Shown: positions 12,851 to 26,629 of the stretch, piece after piece
Layout of the letters: each line of letters begins with the position of its first letter
Numbering within the stretch: position 1 is the first letter of the stretch
NCBI GenBank assembly: GCA_002633005.1
Contig: NMRA01000057.1
Span: forward strand, 597,296-661,295
From: Phoronis australis
Taxonomy: Eukaryota; Animalia; Phoronida
Length of the DNA: 64,000 nt
Direction: 5' to 3'
Program-made: the position numbers and the translations under genes
Notes under the pieces: generated by a model
Told to the model about the DNA's origin: nothing
Seen by the model: the letters and a program-made list of their open reading frames with translations, nothing else
The model's database searches: none

Positions 12851-14699
12851 GCCTTTATGCATGCAAGAGGGTTGCTGTCAAACTACTGTGGTTTAATTTC
12901 GTTAAATATAAGCCCAACGGTCAAACAGACTCGTATTTTTAATGTTAATTTTAACTTTCCAAAGAGGGGAAAAGGCGCACCACGGGAGGGGACGAACTTG
13001 CCAAGTGCGGGGCTTGCTCATTCCTTTGAGCTCATTTGCTGTAAACGGAATTTATATCAACACTCTTGTTCAATTGTTGAATGTATGCCAAAGGTTTAAA
13101 ACTGACAACTTACTAAAGAAGTGACATACGTTTTCACGATATTTTTATGAATTTAAGGGACAAACTCGCCCCGCTCTCCCTATAGTTGACGTTTAGAGAC
13201 AACAGTTTCTTGAGGAACCAAAACGCCACTCAGGCATAAGGACACAGGTATCAGTACCGTGACTTGTTTTCGTAAAGCCCATGTTATACGTTCTTAACCT
13301 CGACTGAACGAATTTTGACTGATAACGATTCGCGTAAAAAGTACGCAGAGGGAACACAACGTCTGATTAATGGTCACGTACTGCATACGATAACCATTAT
13401 CAGATCAGGAGGTTATGGCAAGCTAATGAACTCCAAATCACGGCGAGGATACAGACTTTTATTTATCGGTTGTTAAATATGCATGTACTTTTCGACAACA
13501 CATGCCCCAATGGTCACGCGCCTCAAATACTTCATACAAGTACACGTAGATAAGCAAAACTAAAGTAGGGCAAAGTTTCCCCCGGATCGAACAAGAGTAA
13601 TGGCCAAAATTGTCACTGTAGTTCAAAATGTCACCGTGTTACTTTGTGACAGCGGTACTATTTAAAGTTTTCAAATAATGAAGTAAAATTATCTTCTTGT
13701 TTACATTTTTGGAAAATTTTGATCCTGTTCTGCCATATTGTGTTCTTATTTGAAGAAACTTTACGGTACATCAAAAGTTGTGCGTGTTAGGGGCTTATGA
13801 CCCTATTCACAAGGTGAAGAGGCGTTAAAATTTTTAATTTCAAGAATTTAATCAAATAAAACTGATTTATAGTGTCATTATAAAAGCGGGGTTTTTATGA
13901 CCCAATGTGAATAGTACTCCGGTCTACTTTTAGAATCATGAGAATTAACTAGAAAAAAATAAGCAGGTGGTTCGATACCTGAATAGCATCAGGAGTGCGC
14001 ACAGGTCGCAAAGGTCACAAAGGTCAAGCCCATTGCAAAAAAAACCTGATTTTGTAAAAATAGTCATTAGGCTCTTCCAGAGATAGCGGGTTGCAGAAGT
14101 CCATACCCAAGTAGGCGTATTCATCTGCTACGGGTGCTACGTCCATAATTTTCACTGCAAGTTGAAGTAGTCTGATCAGGTTTACAAATTCGACAGACGT
14201 TTTTTAATTATTAAGGAATCCACTTTTGGTTGATTATAAAGCCACTGCAAGTATTGATTGCTACTCGGTTACTGAAATTCACCACATTATGTTTTTTGTA
14301 CAATTGGCTTAGTTATGCTACATACATCGCAGGCCTACCACGTGGTAAAAAGTTTCAGACGAGACTTTATGGTGTTAATGCACTATTAGACAACTTTCGT
14401 GACCCGGATGAATTGTTTTATTCAGGTCAAGTTTGGCAAATTGTTTGCACAGTAGGATCTCTACCAAAAATCTGAGTTTTGGGCCAAATGTCTACAGAGC
14501 TGAAGATCTTAAATCGGTAAAAGTATACATTTTCTGAAAATAGAACACCTGTTGAATTTTCTTTTGACGTTTTTGAAAGTCTCCGTGCCATGTTTTGATA
14601 TTTGAAAGTAATCAATGACTATTTTATACATGTATTATACATGTAGTCTCAGTAAAACATCAGATGCATGACTATTTATATTTTGAATGGCTAAATAAA

Positions 14700-14860
14700 C
14701 TATCTATCTGTCTGTCTATCTTTCCGTTTCTCTGTCTGTCTGTCTGCCTGCCTGTCTCTCTGTCTATTTCTCTGTCTATCTATCTATTTATCTATCTACC
14801 TACCTACCTACCTACCTACCTACCTACCTACCTACCTACCTACCTATCTATCTATCTATA
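14700..14860. repeat. Compound tetranucleotide microsatellite (TATC/TGTC/TACC)n
   Basis: Directly visible. Confidence 0.95.
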
Positions 14861-16192
14861 CCAATCGGTCATGGGCTGGATCACGTGACAATGTATTTTT
14901 ATAAAATTATCAAACCAATAAAGGTATCAAAACAACGGTATCAACAACACGGATGAATTTCGTCTGATATAAATTAGTGTTCAAGATGAAATCCCAGTTT
15001 TCTAAATTATATTTTGGTTTTAGTTTTATGTATTTGGCCCAAACAATTCCTAATAGTGTTTTGGAAATCGGCGCATAAAGCATCTGGGAGTTCCATATGA
15101 ATCCGTTCAGTTATGTCTGAGAGACGATGTTACGAAGTTAACCAAATTTCGTCATTTTAGGGTCCTACGATAACCGTAACTTTAGCGCCAAGTGTTGTCA
15201 GCAAATATTTATAGTGTTATTTTTAATGATTTAGTTCGCCGTTATGACTTTTACTGTAAAGACATCCGTGTGCTCGGTGTCCGTTTGCGGTAAAGGCAAC
15301 AAATGTCAATGAAATTGTAGAGACAAGCTAACGGTAAGACCGGTTCGCTATTCTGTTAATTCCGGGGCCCAGGTGTTACGTGGAAGCCTCACCATCTTTA
15401 CAGTTGACATTTAGAGTTACATTGAATGCTGAACTTTCAAAAGTTCAAAAGGGATTTTCTATTACGTATTAATCTTCTTCAAGCTGTTCCACGGTAAATG
15501 CTGCTCTGTAGTTAGTTAGCAAAATAGTTATTTTATTGACAATAAGGCATATATATCTGCGGATGGGCATGGGCTGTCTTACAACAACTCTTGTGGCGCT
15601 TTTTTATTACCCATCTAAGCAATTATACGTTATTCATTATATTGTAACTGTACTAGTCATAATAAATGTCCTTATATCGCCTACCTCCGATGGTAACGAG
15701 GTTGCGACGCGCGTATCATTCATCTATTATTCGGGACATTTGTCGATCATAAATGGTATTTCACTCGTTTAATATATTTATGTGAGCATATGGACCCGTC
15801 TTACTGATTCCCTCCTCATTTCGGTCTATTCCATTATTTCCTTTGTGTAGGACTACTCGTCGTTTTCCCAGCCTTCGTATTGGTCTGTTGTTATCACGTG
15901 CCTCGAGTTTGGTCAGCTCTTGGCTCTTATAGGCTGATGATTGTCACGTGTCCTTAGGGGTGTTTTCTTTGTAACCTGGCTTTCAGTTCATCTTTGTTCG
16001 GCCACATTGTCGTACGTTCAAAAACTTATCCAATTTTCACACCTTCTATCTCCCAGTTTTCGTCATCTTCTCGTACTTCCACGTGGCCGGCACTTTTTTA
16101 TTGCCCATCTTACCAGATATTACCAATCATACGTTATTTACCTGTATTCATTATATTGTAAATGCCTTATATCGCCTACCTCCGTCTCGTAG

Positions 16193-16456
16193 TGTATGCA
16201 TGAATGTATATATGTATGAATGTATGTATGTATGCATGTATGAATGTATGTACGGTATGTATGTATGTATGTATGTATGTATGTATGTATGTATGAATGT
16301 ATGTATGTATGTATGTATGTATGTATGTATGAATTAATGTGCGTATGTTGTATGTATATACGGTATGTATGTATGAAAGTATGTACGTTATGTATGTAGT
16401 AAATGTGCGAGTGTGTATGTGTGCGTGAATGCATGTATGTAGCCTATTGTATGTAT
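16193..16456. repeat. (ATGT)n microsatellite
   Basis: Directly visible; a shorter copy lies at ~20549-20595 beside the N at 20534. Confidence 0.95.
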
Positions 16457-17508
16457 CATGTCACAAAGCCAAAGTAAAATACCAAGGGGAAATTAGTGAC
16501 ATTCGGCTGAAAAAATGCAGAGGAAAATATGAATGTCAATTGAAGCACCAAAACAACTGGCTAATTTGAAAAATCTAAAGCAGGGCACCCTGAAATTAAA
16601 TCAAATTAAGAGGAAATTTATGAACGTCATACTTATCGGACTAAATCGATCTCCAGACGAGTTATGTGGAATTAATATTTTGGCAAGACAAAAAAAAAAC
16701 ATGCGACCCACTTTACAGACTTCTTAGCCTTCGATTCCCAAAACGGTTAAAAACTACCATACCTTTCTGTGGCTGAAACTCCTGAAGTAAACTGTCACAG
16801 ATTGTAAATTAGTCAGTCTATTGCAAAACTTTAAGTAGTAGTTCACTTCAGCTTCTTGGGAGACAAGTACGTAGAACTGTTACTATAATACCCTTCGTTT
16901 TTGCAACTCGCATTTGATCGATTAGCCGTTAATGCTGTTGTTAATTTCATTAAGATTAAGATTAAGATTTTACTCAGACTGGGCTCACATGTTCTATGCT
17001 GTACCATTTCAGTTATTACAGTACTCAAAAGAATTACGAGAAACGTGAACCTCGTTGTTTCTAGTTGGACCGCCGAACAACTTCCATAACTAACCCGCCA
17101 TCGAATTATCGGCGCCGAGAAACGTACATGTACGTGATTTTCCGAAATGTGCCTCAGCGCAGAGGACCTGCAACCGTCGCGGTTGTCGCAGCCTGAACGC
17201 TCTAGTCTCATGGCAGACCCACCTGGTACATTCAGGCAGTTGAATTCCAGGGTCACTTGTTAACGCGTATGGGTAGCGCGTTCATCTACGCCTGTACGTA
17301 TTTGATAACGCGTAAACTCGCAGTGGTTTGAGCTCTGGGGACTCCTGTTTGGGAAACTTGATTTCAGTGGCTGACAATCGAGCATTGCACAAGGGTGCCT
17401 CCTACTCCTCTGAGCTCGGCCTTATACTAATGAATGTATGCATGCACGGGAGTGAATGAGAACCCGAATGTAATACGAAAGCGATTTCTGGGGCTGTGCT
17501 CATATTAG

Positions 17509-17585
17509 CATGGGCGGCGCACCACTGAAAACTGAAGTAGAGGGCTATAGCCCCCCCCCCAGCCCTCTATGGTGCGCCGCCCATA
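17509..17585. mobile_element. Mini-MITE, CATGGGCGGCGCA family
   Basis: CATGGGCGGCGCACCA ... TGGTGCGCCGCCCATA inverted termini, internal GGGCTATAGCCC palindrome. Confidence 0.7.
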
Positions 17586-20500
17586 TAAATTAGTACTCGC
17601 TTTGTAGATGTGCGTAAGATGTCGCTTGTTTGTCCTTAGAGTTATATGGTATATAGTTTCTCGGGTTTTAAACCTTTTTCAGATTAGGTTTTTACATGCT
17701 TTCATTCGTTTTTCTTTATACATAGACCTACCAGGGTAGAGTTCAGTAGCCGTCTCGGAGCTAAAAAATTAGTCAACATCACGTGTTCTCATTTAAAATA
17801 CACGGCAATATCTCACGTAATCTCTCGAAGTCTTGCTTTTTAGAGTGGTTCTAGTCTAGGTCTTCAGCAATCAACGGTACTATATAGTCACTGCCAAGGA
17901 TTATAAATTCTGGGTATACATCCCTGTTAGATTGATATTTATCATAGCATCATTTGTTTTATAATGGGTTAAAAAAGGAAAGCCCAAACAGGTTGAAAGC
18001 AGTCCTGAAATTATCAGCTCACCACGTCATTAACATATCAGTCAAACGGTTCTCCTCTTGTCATATCTCATTGCATTAGTCCGAGTCGGATTCAAGAGCG
18101 TCACCCCCTGCAGGCAAGAAGAATGACTGTAAAAGAATCATAAAAACAACGGATTCTGTTGTTTTGTTGCTGGTCAAGCAGGGCTCTCGCTCACTTGAGA
18201 GGAAAGTGCCTCGGTATAGCTCTCCTGAGGGGGGATTTTTCAGTCGGGAGGAGAAAATCCTTTACTTCCAATTCTACGCTTCTGTCGTTACCTCTCATCA
18301 GCTGCCTCAAAAACTTACTGCAGAAGTGATTTTAACCAGCCTTGGCGGTATTCTTAATCACAAGCGTACTTTTAACTTGATGAGAGGAATTTCGCATAAT
18401 TTTTAAATATCTTTCATTGGTGAAAGAGGCCTTGTTCGTCCCCAAAATTGAAGCATCCAGTTCCCTGGAATCAGGAGTCGGTCCGATTCAGCAATCATCA
18501 CCAAAGAGTTTTCGGTACTAGTAAAACCGGTACTGTTCCTTTAAGTCTGGCTGCAGCAGGGCACTTGTATATGTCTACCTTTAGTACACAGGGATGAACC
18601 TACAGCTATCGGGTAATCGGAGGTAAGCTGCGGTGCCAGGGTGTAATCTTTCCATCGCGACTCGAAGTATTTACTTTTTTCGTCCTACTTTCGTGCGAAC
18701 TCAAGATAATGGCCTATTTTTGTATCCAGACTCGGAATTATAGCTGAAATGTCGGGGTTATCAAGTACAAACCAAGATTAGACAGCCAACCACGTAAAGC
18801 GTAATGTACTCTAGCAAGAATACGGAAAAAAACGTATCTTCACTGGACACACGTAGGCCAAGCAGGCGGTGGAAACAATCCAACTTTCTGATGTAGATCA
18901 ACTGCAAACGAACTTAACTTAATGAACAGATCTCAGTAGTTCTGGGCCGTCGGCGGGGGATGCAGAGTGACTTACTTGGATTCGTGCTAAAATGTCACTG
19001 CTGCGACTTCCAACGAGTACTCATGTGCATTACGGTATTATTTCAGTGACACAAAAACAATACGAATGTTTGTGATTCGTAAATAATTATTTCTAAAAAG
19101 AACGCTTCAATCAAACATTAGAAATAAAAAATTCTATGCCTGGATGACGTTTTAAAACAAATTACAAGGTATTGTCTGTTTAAAAGTTCCTGTGTTCAAG
19201 TTTTACCTTAAGTGTTCATCGTTTTGTACTACCATAAATTTTTTTCCGTCATCGCTGAGTTTCACAGAGAACCTCAGCTCTTTCAGTTTCGTGGACTCAA
19301 GAATCTTAAGGAAGCCAGCGTGATCACACGTCTTCCTTAAAATATAGCGATATTTCGCAATTTTGGGAGTGCTTGCTTTTCTTGCAAGGAACTAGGTCTA
19401 CGCAACGTACGCCTAATCCGAGTGCAGGAGCAAGTTGAGGGCAATCAAAAGTTACCATTTTTTGACAAATGGCGGGTATATAACAGTCTAATACTTAGAT
19501 AATTAAAATATCTTAAGCCCGTCTTAGTTTCTCTTAAACAAGTTGGGTGACCTTTTGAATTCAGATTACTTATCTTTTTATGAATAAGAAATGAATGTTG
19601 ACTCCGGCATTTATAGATTACATTTGTCCCAGGGCAGCCTAGGCAAACCCAGAATCTGTTATGTTACAAAACAGCAAGGCTAAAAATAGAACTTAAATGA
19701 GATTATCTCCACCAACGAACACAGGTTAGTGGGTCGAGGTCATGCAAATATTTCAAAGGGTGGATGCGTCAACAATTAAAGGTGAATGTCTTATAGGGCA
19801 TTCTCCTTGTTTTAAACATTCCAGTGACGTACTGAGTTCTCTAGAGGTAAAATATGCGTGAAACCGAATGGACAGAGTTCACGTTGCACTTTACCTACGG
19901 GTAAGAGTAAAACATTTGTTTTGAAAATTGTGAAATATAAAATCAAATTACCCTACCAGCTTCACCAATTTTATCTCCTACAATTGTCCCGGTTGACAAA
20001 AGGTCGACAACCTTGTAAGATGTTTCACAGCCGCACACGTGGTCTCTATCTTCGTTTCCTTCAGCCTTCCACACCTAAACTCCGAATACTTCATGTTAAA
20101 TAATACCAACATTATTGGAGTCCAAATTACAAAGACCTAGAGTCATAAATTTTCACTTGAGTTGGTGGAATTATTTATAAAAAACAAAAGGAAACACTTT
20201 GTTTAACATGTTTATTTTTTAATAAATTGATTCCTTACACCAACAACCTACAGGAAAAAACTGAGTACATAATAATGTTTTAAACATAAAATCCAACACA
20301 AACTGGCAAGGAATGTCTTTAAGACTACACAACCAACATCCTCAGGCTCAACTAAAGGCTGTTTCTCTATCTCAAAATACCAACATAACAGAGATCATTT
20401 ACTTGTTACACAGCGAACCCAATTTTCTGTTGTAACAGAAAATAAGCAGAATTTATAATGAATCGGACTACCTTGGTTGAGTTAAAAGTTTGGAATGGAA

Positions 20501-21479
20501 TTCACATATTTCAATAATACTAGTAGATGGTGTNTTACATATATACGTTATGTATGCATGTATGAATGAATGTATGTATGCATGAATGTATGTACAGTAA
20601 GTTGTATTAATTTGTTTTTTGTAATTGCCAAATATTAAGAATGTAAGCCAACAAATTCCACAGTGGGCACTGTGTAACTAAAATGCCTTGGTAATAAAAT
20701 CTTCAGCAATATTTACAAATAACGATCCAACCAACGGGTGCAGTATTTACACAGCACCAACCAAAAGTATTCGAACAGCATTACCCAGAATTCTCTGTCA
20801 TGAGGGATGTACAAAAGCCAAGTTTGCTTCTAGAGTGGCCATTCCTCATGACCGTGAATGAAGCGGCATTAACAGGAAAGTCTGTAAGGTGCCCAAACCA
20901 TTCTGTTTTTAGAATTCTGATGCCCTTACGGTCATTACCAGTCATTTTTGCTGTTCTATTAAGACAAATAATTATCGCATGGGGAAACATTATTTTTCAG
21001 ATTACTTTTGCCATGCACTGAAAGAACTATTGACAAAAAAGTTAACCATAAAGAATTGGAATGTGTTTGTTCAGAGAAAATATTTCAAATATCTGAGCCT
21101 AAGGATTTTAATCCTTACTTGAAATTTGACTCTGAAATTGATCAATCGCATCACAAAAAATAAGAAAGCGTAGTTGAAGCAATTTTCAAGTTGAGTACTT
21201 GAGTAACATTTATGTCCATAAGAGAACACTGAGCATGTACCCAGCCTTCTGGGTACAACACACACCCCACTGACCAAACAAAGGCAACTAAAGATTATGG
21301 GCGATTACTACATGTACAGATGAGACAAGATTACTGTTAACAAGGGACTGATCAACATACATACAATGTGCTCACTGTCATGACTAATGAGAGCAATGTG
21401 GGGCGTTGATATGCACCCACGGTGTGCATGCCACTCAGGTACACCAGATGATCATTATTTTAAGCATTGCCACTGAATG

Positions 21480-23177
21480 AAGCAATGCTATTAAACTTAA
21501 TAATAGCCCCTGGAGGATGCAAAACAAGTCGGAAATGCTATCCTCAAAGGAAAACACCTGCCATGTTCCACTATGATGACGTTGGTCAAATTCATCCTCA
21601 ACAGGGCAGCTGTTACCGTCTGCATTATAGTAACTTATTTGCCAAATTCCATGAGCATACATCAAGGAACTTAGTAGACATCAAGTCAAACATTAAGAAA
21701 TACACAATGCCAATGGATGATTCCGTAGTAGACAGATTTGTTGCAAAATCCAGGTCAGCTGTACTCTCCTCAGTACTGAACAACAGGCAAAAATTAAGTT
21801 AGACAAGAGGGGGCCACACCAGTTGGACCCACTCAAAAATCGCCCTCAGACATGTACTTCCCGGAATAATCATGTCACGCCAGTTTTAAGAACGATCCGT
21901 GGAGTGAATTGGCCAATACAGCAGCAGATGTCAACAACCAGATTCAGAAACATTAAGAGCGGCCACTAGGTGGCATGAAACATGTAAAAAAACGAGACGG
22001 CAGCGTAGTTTCCTTGACAAATACCTATAATCAAATTTTATAAATAGATAAATAGATACTCTTTTATGCTATCAGATTTTATCTTTGTAACACAACAAGC
22101 AACGTGGAGCGTTGAAATGCACCTATGACTTCACCGCCAACGGTGTTGCTCAAAAACAGTAAAAATGGCCACAAGGCGGCACAAAATACCGCGAATCTGT
22201 CCGAAAATGGAAAGGTAGCATCATCTCACTAATAGATACCTATTTGCCAAATTTATGAAAATCCTTCAAGGACCTTTGAAGATACAGGTAAACATAAAAA
22301 ACTAAAATTGCCACTAGGAGCAGAATCGTAGTTGGATCCACCTGACAATTTGCTCATGACATCCCATCCATGAAAGGACCACATGGCAGATTGTGCAAAA
22401 TTTCGTGCACATACATCAAAGGGTTTTGGAGAGCAGCAGACGCCAGACGGATGGATGCACCAACATATAAATATGTGGCCACATAAAAATCAGTCAAGGA
22501 ACTTAAAGTTTAAAAGATACATAGGAAAATGTAAAACACAAAATTGCCACTAGAAGGCACAGTGGTTGTTGGATACGTCAAAAACTTGTTGCCATCTGTT
22601 GTCAATTTCATAGAAATATATTAGCCAAATTTAACAAAGTTTCTGCGAATGGTTCATGAGATACAACCACAGACACAAAAAACAAAACTGCCACTAGGAG
22701 GCACCACAGTAGTTAGAGCCATATAAAAATAGTCAGCTGTCCTCTTGCCAGTAGCAACACACATACCAATTTTCATAACAATCTTTACTGCGGTTTGAGC
22801 AAGACAGATGTCAAAACACAGACTTGAAAGCAATACAAATGGCCACAAGATACCCATTTGCAAAATTATATGAAAATACCTCAAGGAACTCTGAAGATAC
22901 AGAGGAAAAAAGTTAAGAAAGAAAATTGCCAATAAAGGGCACAATGCTCATCGGACCAGTCCGAAAGTTGTCACCCTATGTTGTCATATTCCTAGAAATA
23001 CACTTGCCAAATTTACCAAAGGTCCTGAAAGGGATGCGTAGATACAACTGCCACTAGGAGGCACCATAGCAGTCGAATGTTCATCCAAGGGTTTTGGAGA
23101 TACAGCAGTGGTTTGCCAGACAGATGGGGATGGCGACATAATGCACCCACATACAAATGTGTGGGTGCATAAAAAAT
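21480..23177 (+). repeat. Helentron-associated/pearl-like element(s) with diverged ~140-bp tandem subunits
   Basis: Repeated GCCACTAG..GGCAC / CCAAATTT / GAGATACAG modules; terminal (CAGA/CGGA) tract, hairpin (ATGCACCCACATA-CAAA-TGTGTGGGTGCAT, 23141-23170) and A-run; a similar end at ~22440-22490. Confidence 0.65.
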
Positions 23178-23179
23178 CT

Positions 23180-23710
23180 TAATATTGGACTATTCTTCCG
23201 AAAAAGGTACTAAACTTTTGATTATTATCCAATAGAGGTTTGCAGAATGTCAATTTTATGCACTGAGCTCAATCCATGCTGTTGGACGCTTTTAAAGCTA
23301 ACTTTTAGGCAGTCTTCTTGATGATCTTTGAATTAAGGCCCAACGAAGCACGGGGAGATAACTTGGATGATCTGGCAAAAAAGTCTAAACATTGATCTCT
23401 TACAATTCAAGCAGTTACACAGTATGTGCCGCAAATGTCCCCCATCAGCATCTAAGCACAACTCGATGCGCCTTTACAAATTGGAAAGCGCACAGCTCAA
23501 TCCACTGAGTGCAGAATCGACACACTGCCAAATAAAACAGTACTCTGATACCCTGAAAGGCAGGATTGAGCAATCATTTTGCAGTGCGTGCTACAATGTT
23601 TTTGTTTACAATTGCATTGTGCAGATTTATGTAGCTGTTAGTCCTTAACTCAAGTAGGGAAACAATTATTAGCAAAAGTGTGGGGCCTGTTTCGGGATGA
23701 TCAGCCTGTA
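23180..23710 (-). mobile_element. Internally deleted Tc1/mariner remnant
   Basis: Minus strand ~23420-23473 reads RRIELCLDADGGHLRHIL, a typical Tc1/mariner transposase C-terminus; TA-CAGGCTGATCATCCCGAAAC TIR-like end at 23710. Confidence 0.45.
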
Positions 23711-25018
23711 TTAAAGTGCTTAAAATCACTTAATTCATATCAAACCCCCCCCCAAAAAAAAAACAAAAAAACAACAACCCCACCAGTTGATCAGATATTT
23801 AAATTATAACACCCACAAACACTATCTGACCATATCTTATTAAGCTCATCTTGAGTTATGAGCATTAATAGGTCACACTACGTAGAATTGGGTCAACAAA
23901 TCACAGCAATAGTCAAACTCAGTATTTGAGCACGCTGTGGCTCTCTTCATTTTCCTATGGGACATCAAGGAACCACGGACAGGGCACAGGTTTGTACAAG
24001 AAACTTGCTTGTTGGTGAATACAACATACTGGCGTTGGGTATGTTCTTGCATCACATTCATGTTCGTAGAGCTAAGAAACTCAGTCAATAGCTGACCCTT
24101 CAAAAGTTTGAGAAGTAAGTGATTGCCTTGATGAGTCCCGAATTAATATTGGCACTGTGAAGACATGCTTTACCAAGAGAGGCCTTTGTCCTAAGAACAA
24201 AAATTCACAACGCGCGAGCTGAGCTCACAAGGCTATCGACAGCATGCTTTAGCGTACATCCTGAGGGGGTTGCACTACTTTACACTCGAGTTCTAGTGCA
24301 GTAAACTCTTATGAGATTTCCAACAAAAATATGGTTCACCGTACATTACTTGATAATAATGCACATCAACGTGGAACACAGAATAAACAACATTATATGA
24401 TCACAAAACTGGCAAATAGTATCAAACAGAATGAAATCACATAATCTGAGCATATTTCACCAATAACACACCCGTGTCACTTTCATTGGAATGGGCATGG
24501 CAGTTTGACATATGGGGCCTGTATCTCAATTAGTCTTTTGACGTTTGACTTAATTGGCCAAAAGTCACAAATATGATAACAAACAACCAAAGTTGATTTT
24601 TTGCCTTTAATGTTTCTCTGATTAGAAGGCCTCACTCTTGGTCTTTAGAAGATGTGCCTACATTAATATAAAAGGCCCCACTTCTGAGGCTCAAAAATGA
24701 ATTTTTCCAAGTCATTTTAATAAAATTAAGTCATTAAAAGTAACAAGCTGTAGAACCAGTTTGTCTTCTGTTTACTTAATGTTTCTAATAAGCAGATTAT
24801 CGATTTCAGTCCATTGACTTTGATTTTCTGACTTTCAACCTCAGCCTGATTTTCATGAAACATGTCCAGCCATTCATAGACTTACAAAAGCCAACAGACT
24901 CTTTGAGAAAGAAGCCCCTGGTATAATGCGACCTGGCAAACTCCTCCCTGGCCTTCAGCAATACAACTGACAGAATGGCAAATCAAGGAATCCTGGTTAG
25001 TAGTAAAAACAGCTGCTT

Positions 25019-25079
25019 TTAAGCCACCTTGTCAGCATCGAAGACCACAATACGACTTCTACGAGTTCCATCTATAGAT
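25019..25079 (-). CDS. GH20 hexosaminidase terminal coding exon 9 (single copy)
   Basis: Strong acceptor ctttgtttctcgctttcag; phase 2 joins exon 8 to give E-SIDGTRRSRIVVFDADKVA*, resembling the chitobiase C-terminal SxDGxRxSR motif. Exons 1-9 sum to 2748 nt = 915 aa plus stop. Confidence 0.8.
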
Positions 25080-26629
25080 CTGAAAGCGAGAAACAAAGTC
25101 AGGTAAATGCAATATGAAGACCCTGCATGCTTGTGTATTTGGCCTAATATCTGCAAAACTATGACACTATTTTCTAAAAATTGAAAGAATTTGGTTTTTG
25201 ACATCATGGGACAATCATATTTTTGACAGCCCTCCATGCAGTCAGTGGCACAACCCTAAATAAAATGAAGGAAAATTAGAGAACTCCTTTCAAAGTTTGC
25301 TAAATGGACAAGTGTGACTTGCACTTTCAACGAATCACAAGGCAGCAGTGGAGAACGAACTCCCTCCAAGAACCATGATAATTCACAATCCGAGACACAG
25401 GTAGTAAAAGACTTGGTTGATTCGTGCTTTTATCTTTCATGACTAGTGCCAATGATGCATTCAGAGCACGGGACAGAACAAGGATTGACTGAAAACATCA
25501 AAACAGGGTTAAGTAATTTATCCTTTTAGAAGTTGGTGCAACAGATAAATTTTGTTATGGTGATTTAACAGAACTTCCCAAAATGATACTTTAATTAGCT
25601 GTTAATTAACTTTCAAAACCCACATTCCTTGGACCAAAAGGCACTTGTCCCATGGACATTGCGTTTTCCAATTGTACATTTGAGTGTCCCATGGCAGGTT
25701 TCTTAACTTGTACCACGTAACAATCCGGATGACACATGGTATTAAATGAGTTTATTGGGTTTTTCATTTTTCCGAATGTTATAACATAATCACCACTACG
25801 GTAGAGTTTCATATGCTGTAGTATTTCGACTGAGCCTGTGAAATGTATTTACGGTTACTGTAAATGCAAGCGAGAGTTGGAAAATCTTTCAGAATCGATT
25901 AATCGGTAAGCTATTCGACTCGATGCTCGATTCTGAATTGGTTTTGACTGACATATTAGTCACTCAGTACTGGCAAGGCAATGAGATTGGTTCAAAATAG
26001 ATGTTCTGTTCCTCTAGTCAACAGCAGACGACACTGCCTGATACCACCAGGCAAGAATACGCGTGCGGTCACGGTGACTTTGTCCAGTTTCTGCGATTTA
26101 TCAAAACGTTTTAGTAATATCACACTACAAAAGTGTGACTAAAAAGGTTTTTGCTCGAGTTTGTTCCTATGATTTAAAATTTTCAGTGAAATCACATAAA
26201 AAACACAAACAATGTACAGAGTAATCTCACCAATTTATGACACAATATGACAGACAAATAGGACTTCCCCACCTTCACAAAACCAACTTACTGGAACCAG
26301 AGGATGCATTCATAGGCCCAAAAATTTCAAGAGAGGAGCTAGTTTGATCACATGATTTGTTTTCAATGTATGGCGTTATCTCGCAGTCTTCGGGATCTTG
26401 AACTTTTGCTAGTCTCTTGGGTCAAGAAAAATTGTAGGCTTAACTAAATCCAGACAACACTTGGAGCATTGAGCAGGAACAGGTTAAGGCAATATGGATT
26501 GAGGTGGGACAGAAATTATGATAATGCTAAGCAGACATTTTCCTATTCTTCAAAGACTCGCGTGGCTATGGATGATCACAAGAGCAATGCAGAGCGGAGA
26601 AATGCACCCGTAAGCGGAGTGCTTCAAGA

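Noticed and set aside
14664-16434. ORFs with YLPT, MYVC and HTYI repeats
   Set aside because: Translations of tetranucleotide microsatellites.
18100-18990. Coding-looking stretch with splice-like signals
   Set aside because: The frames I tried close quickly on both strands and give no recognisable motif.
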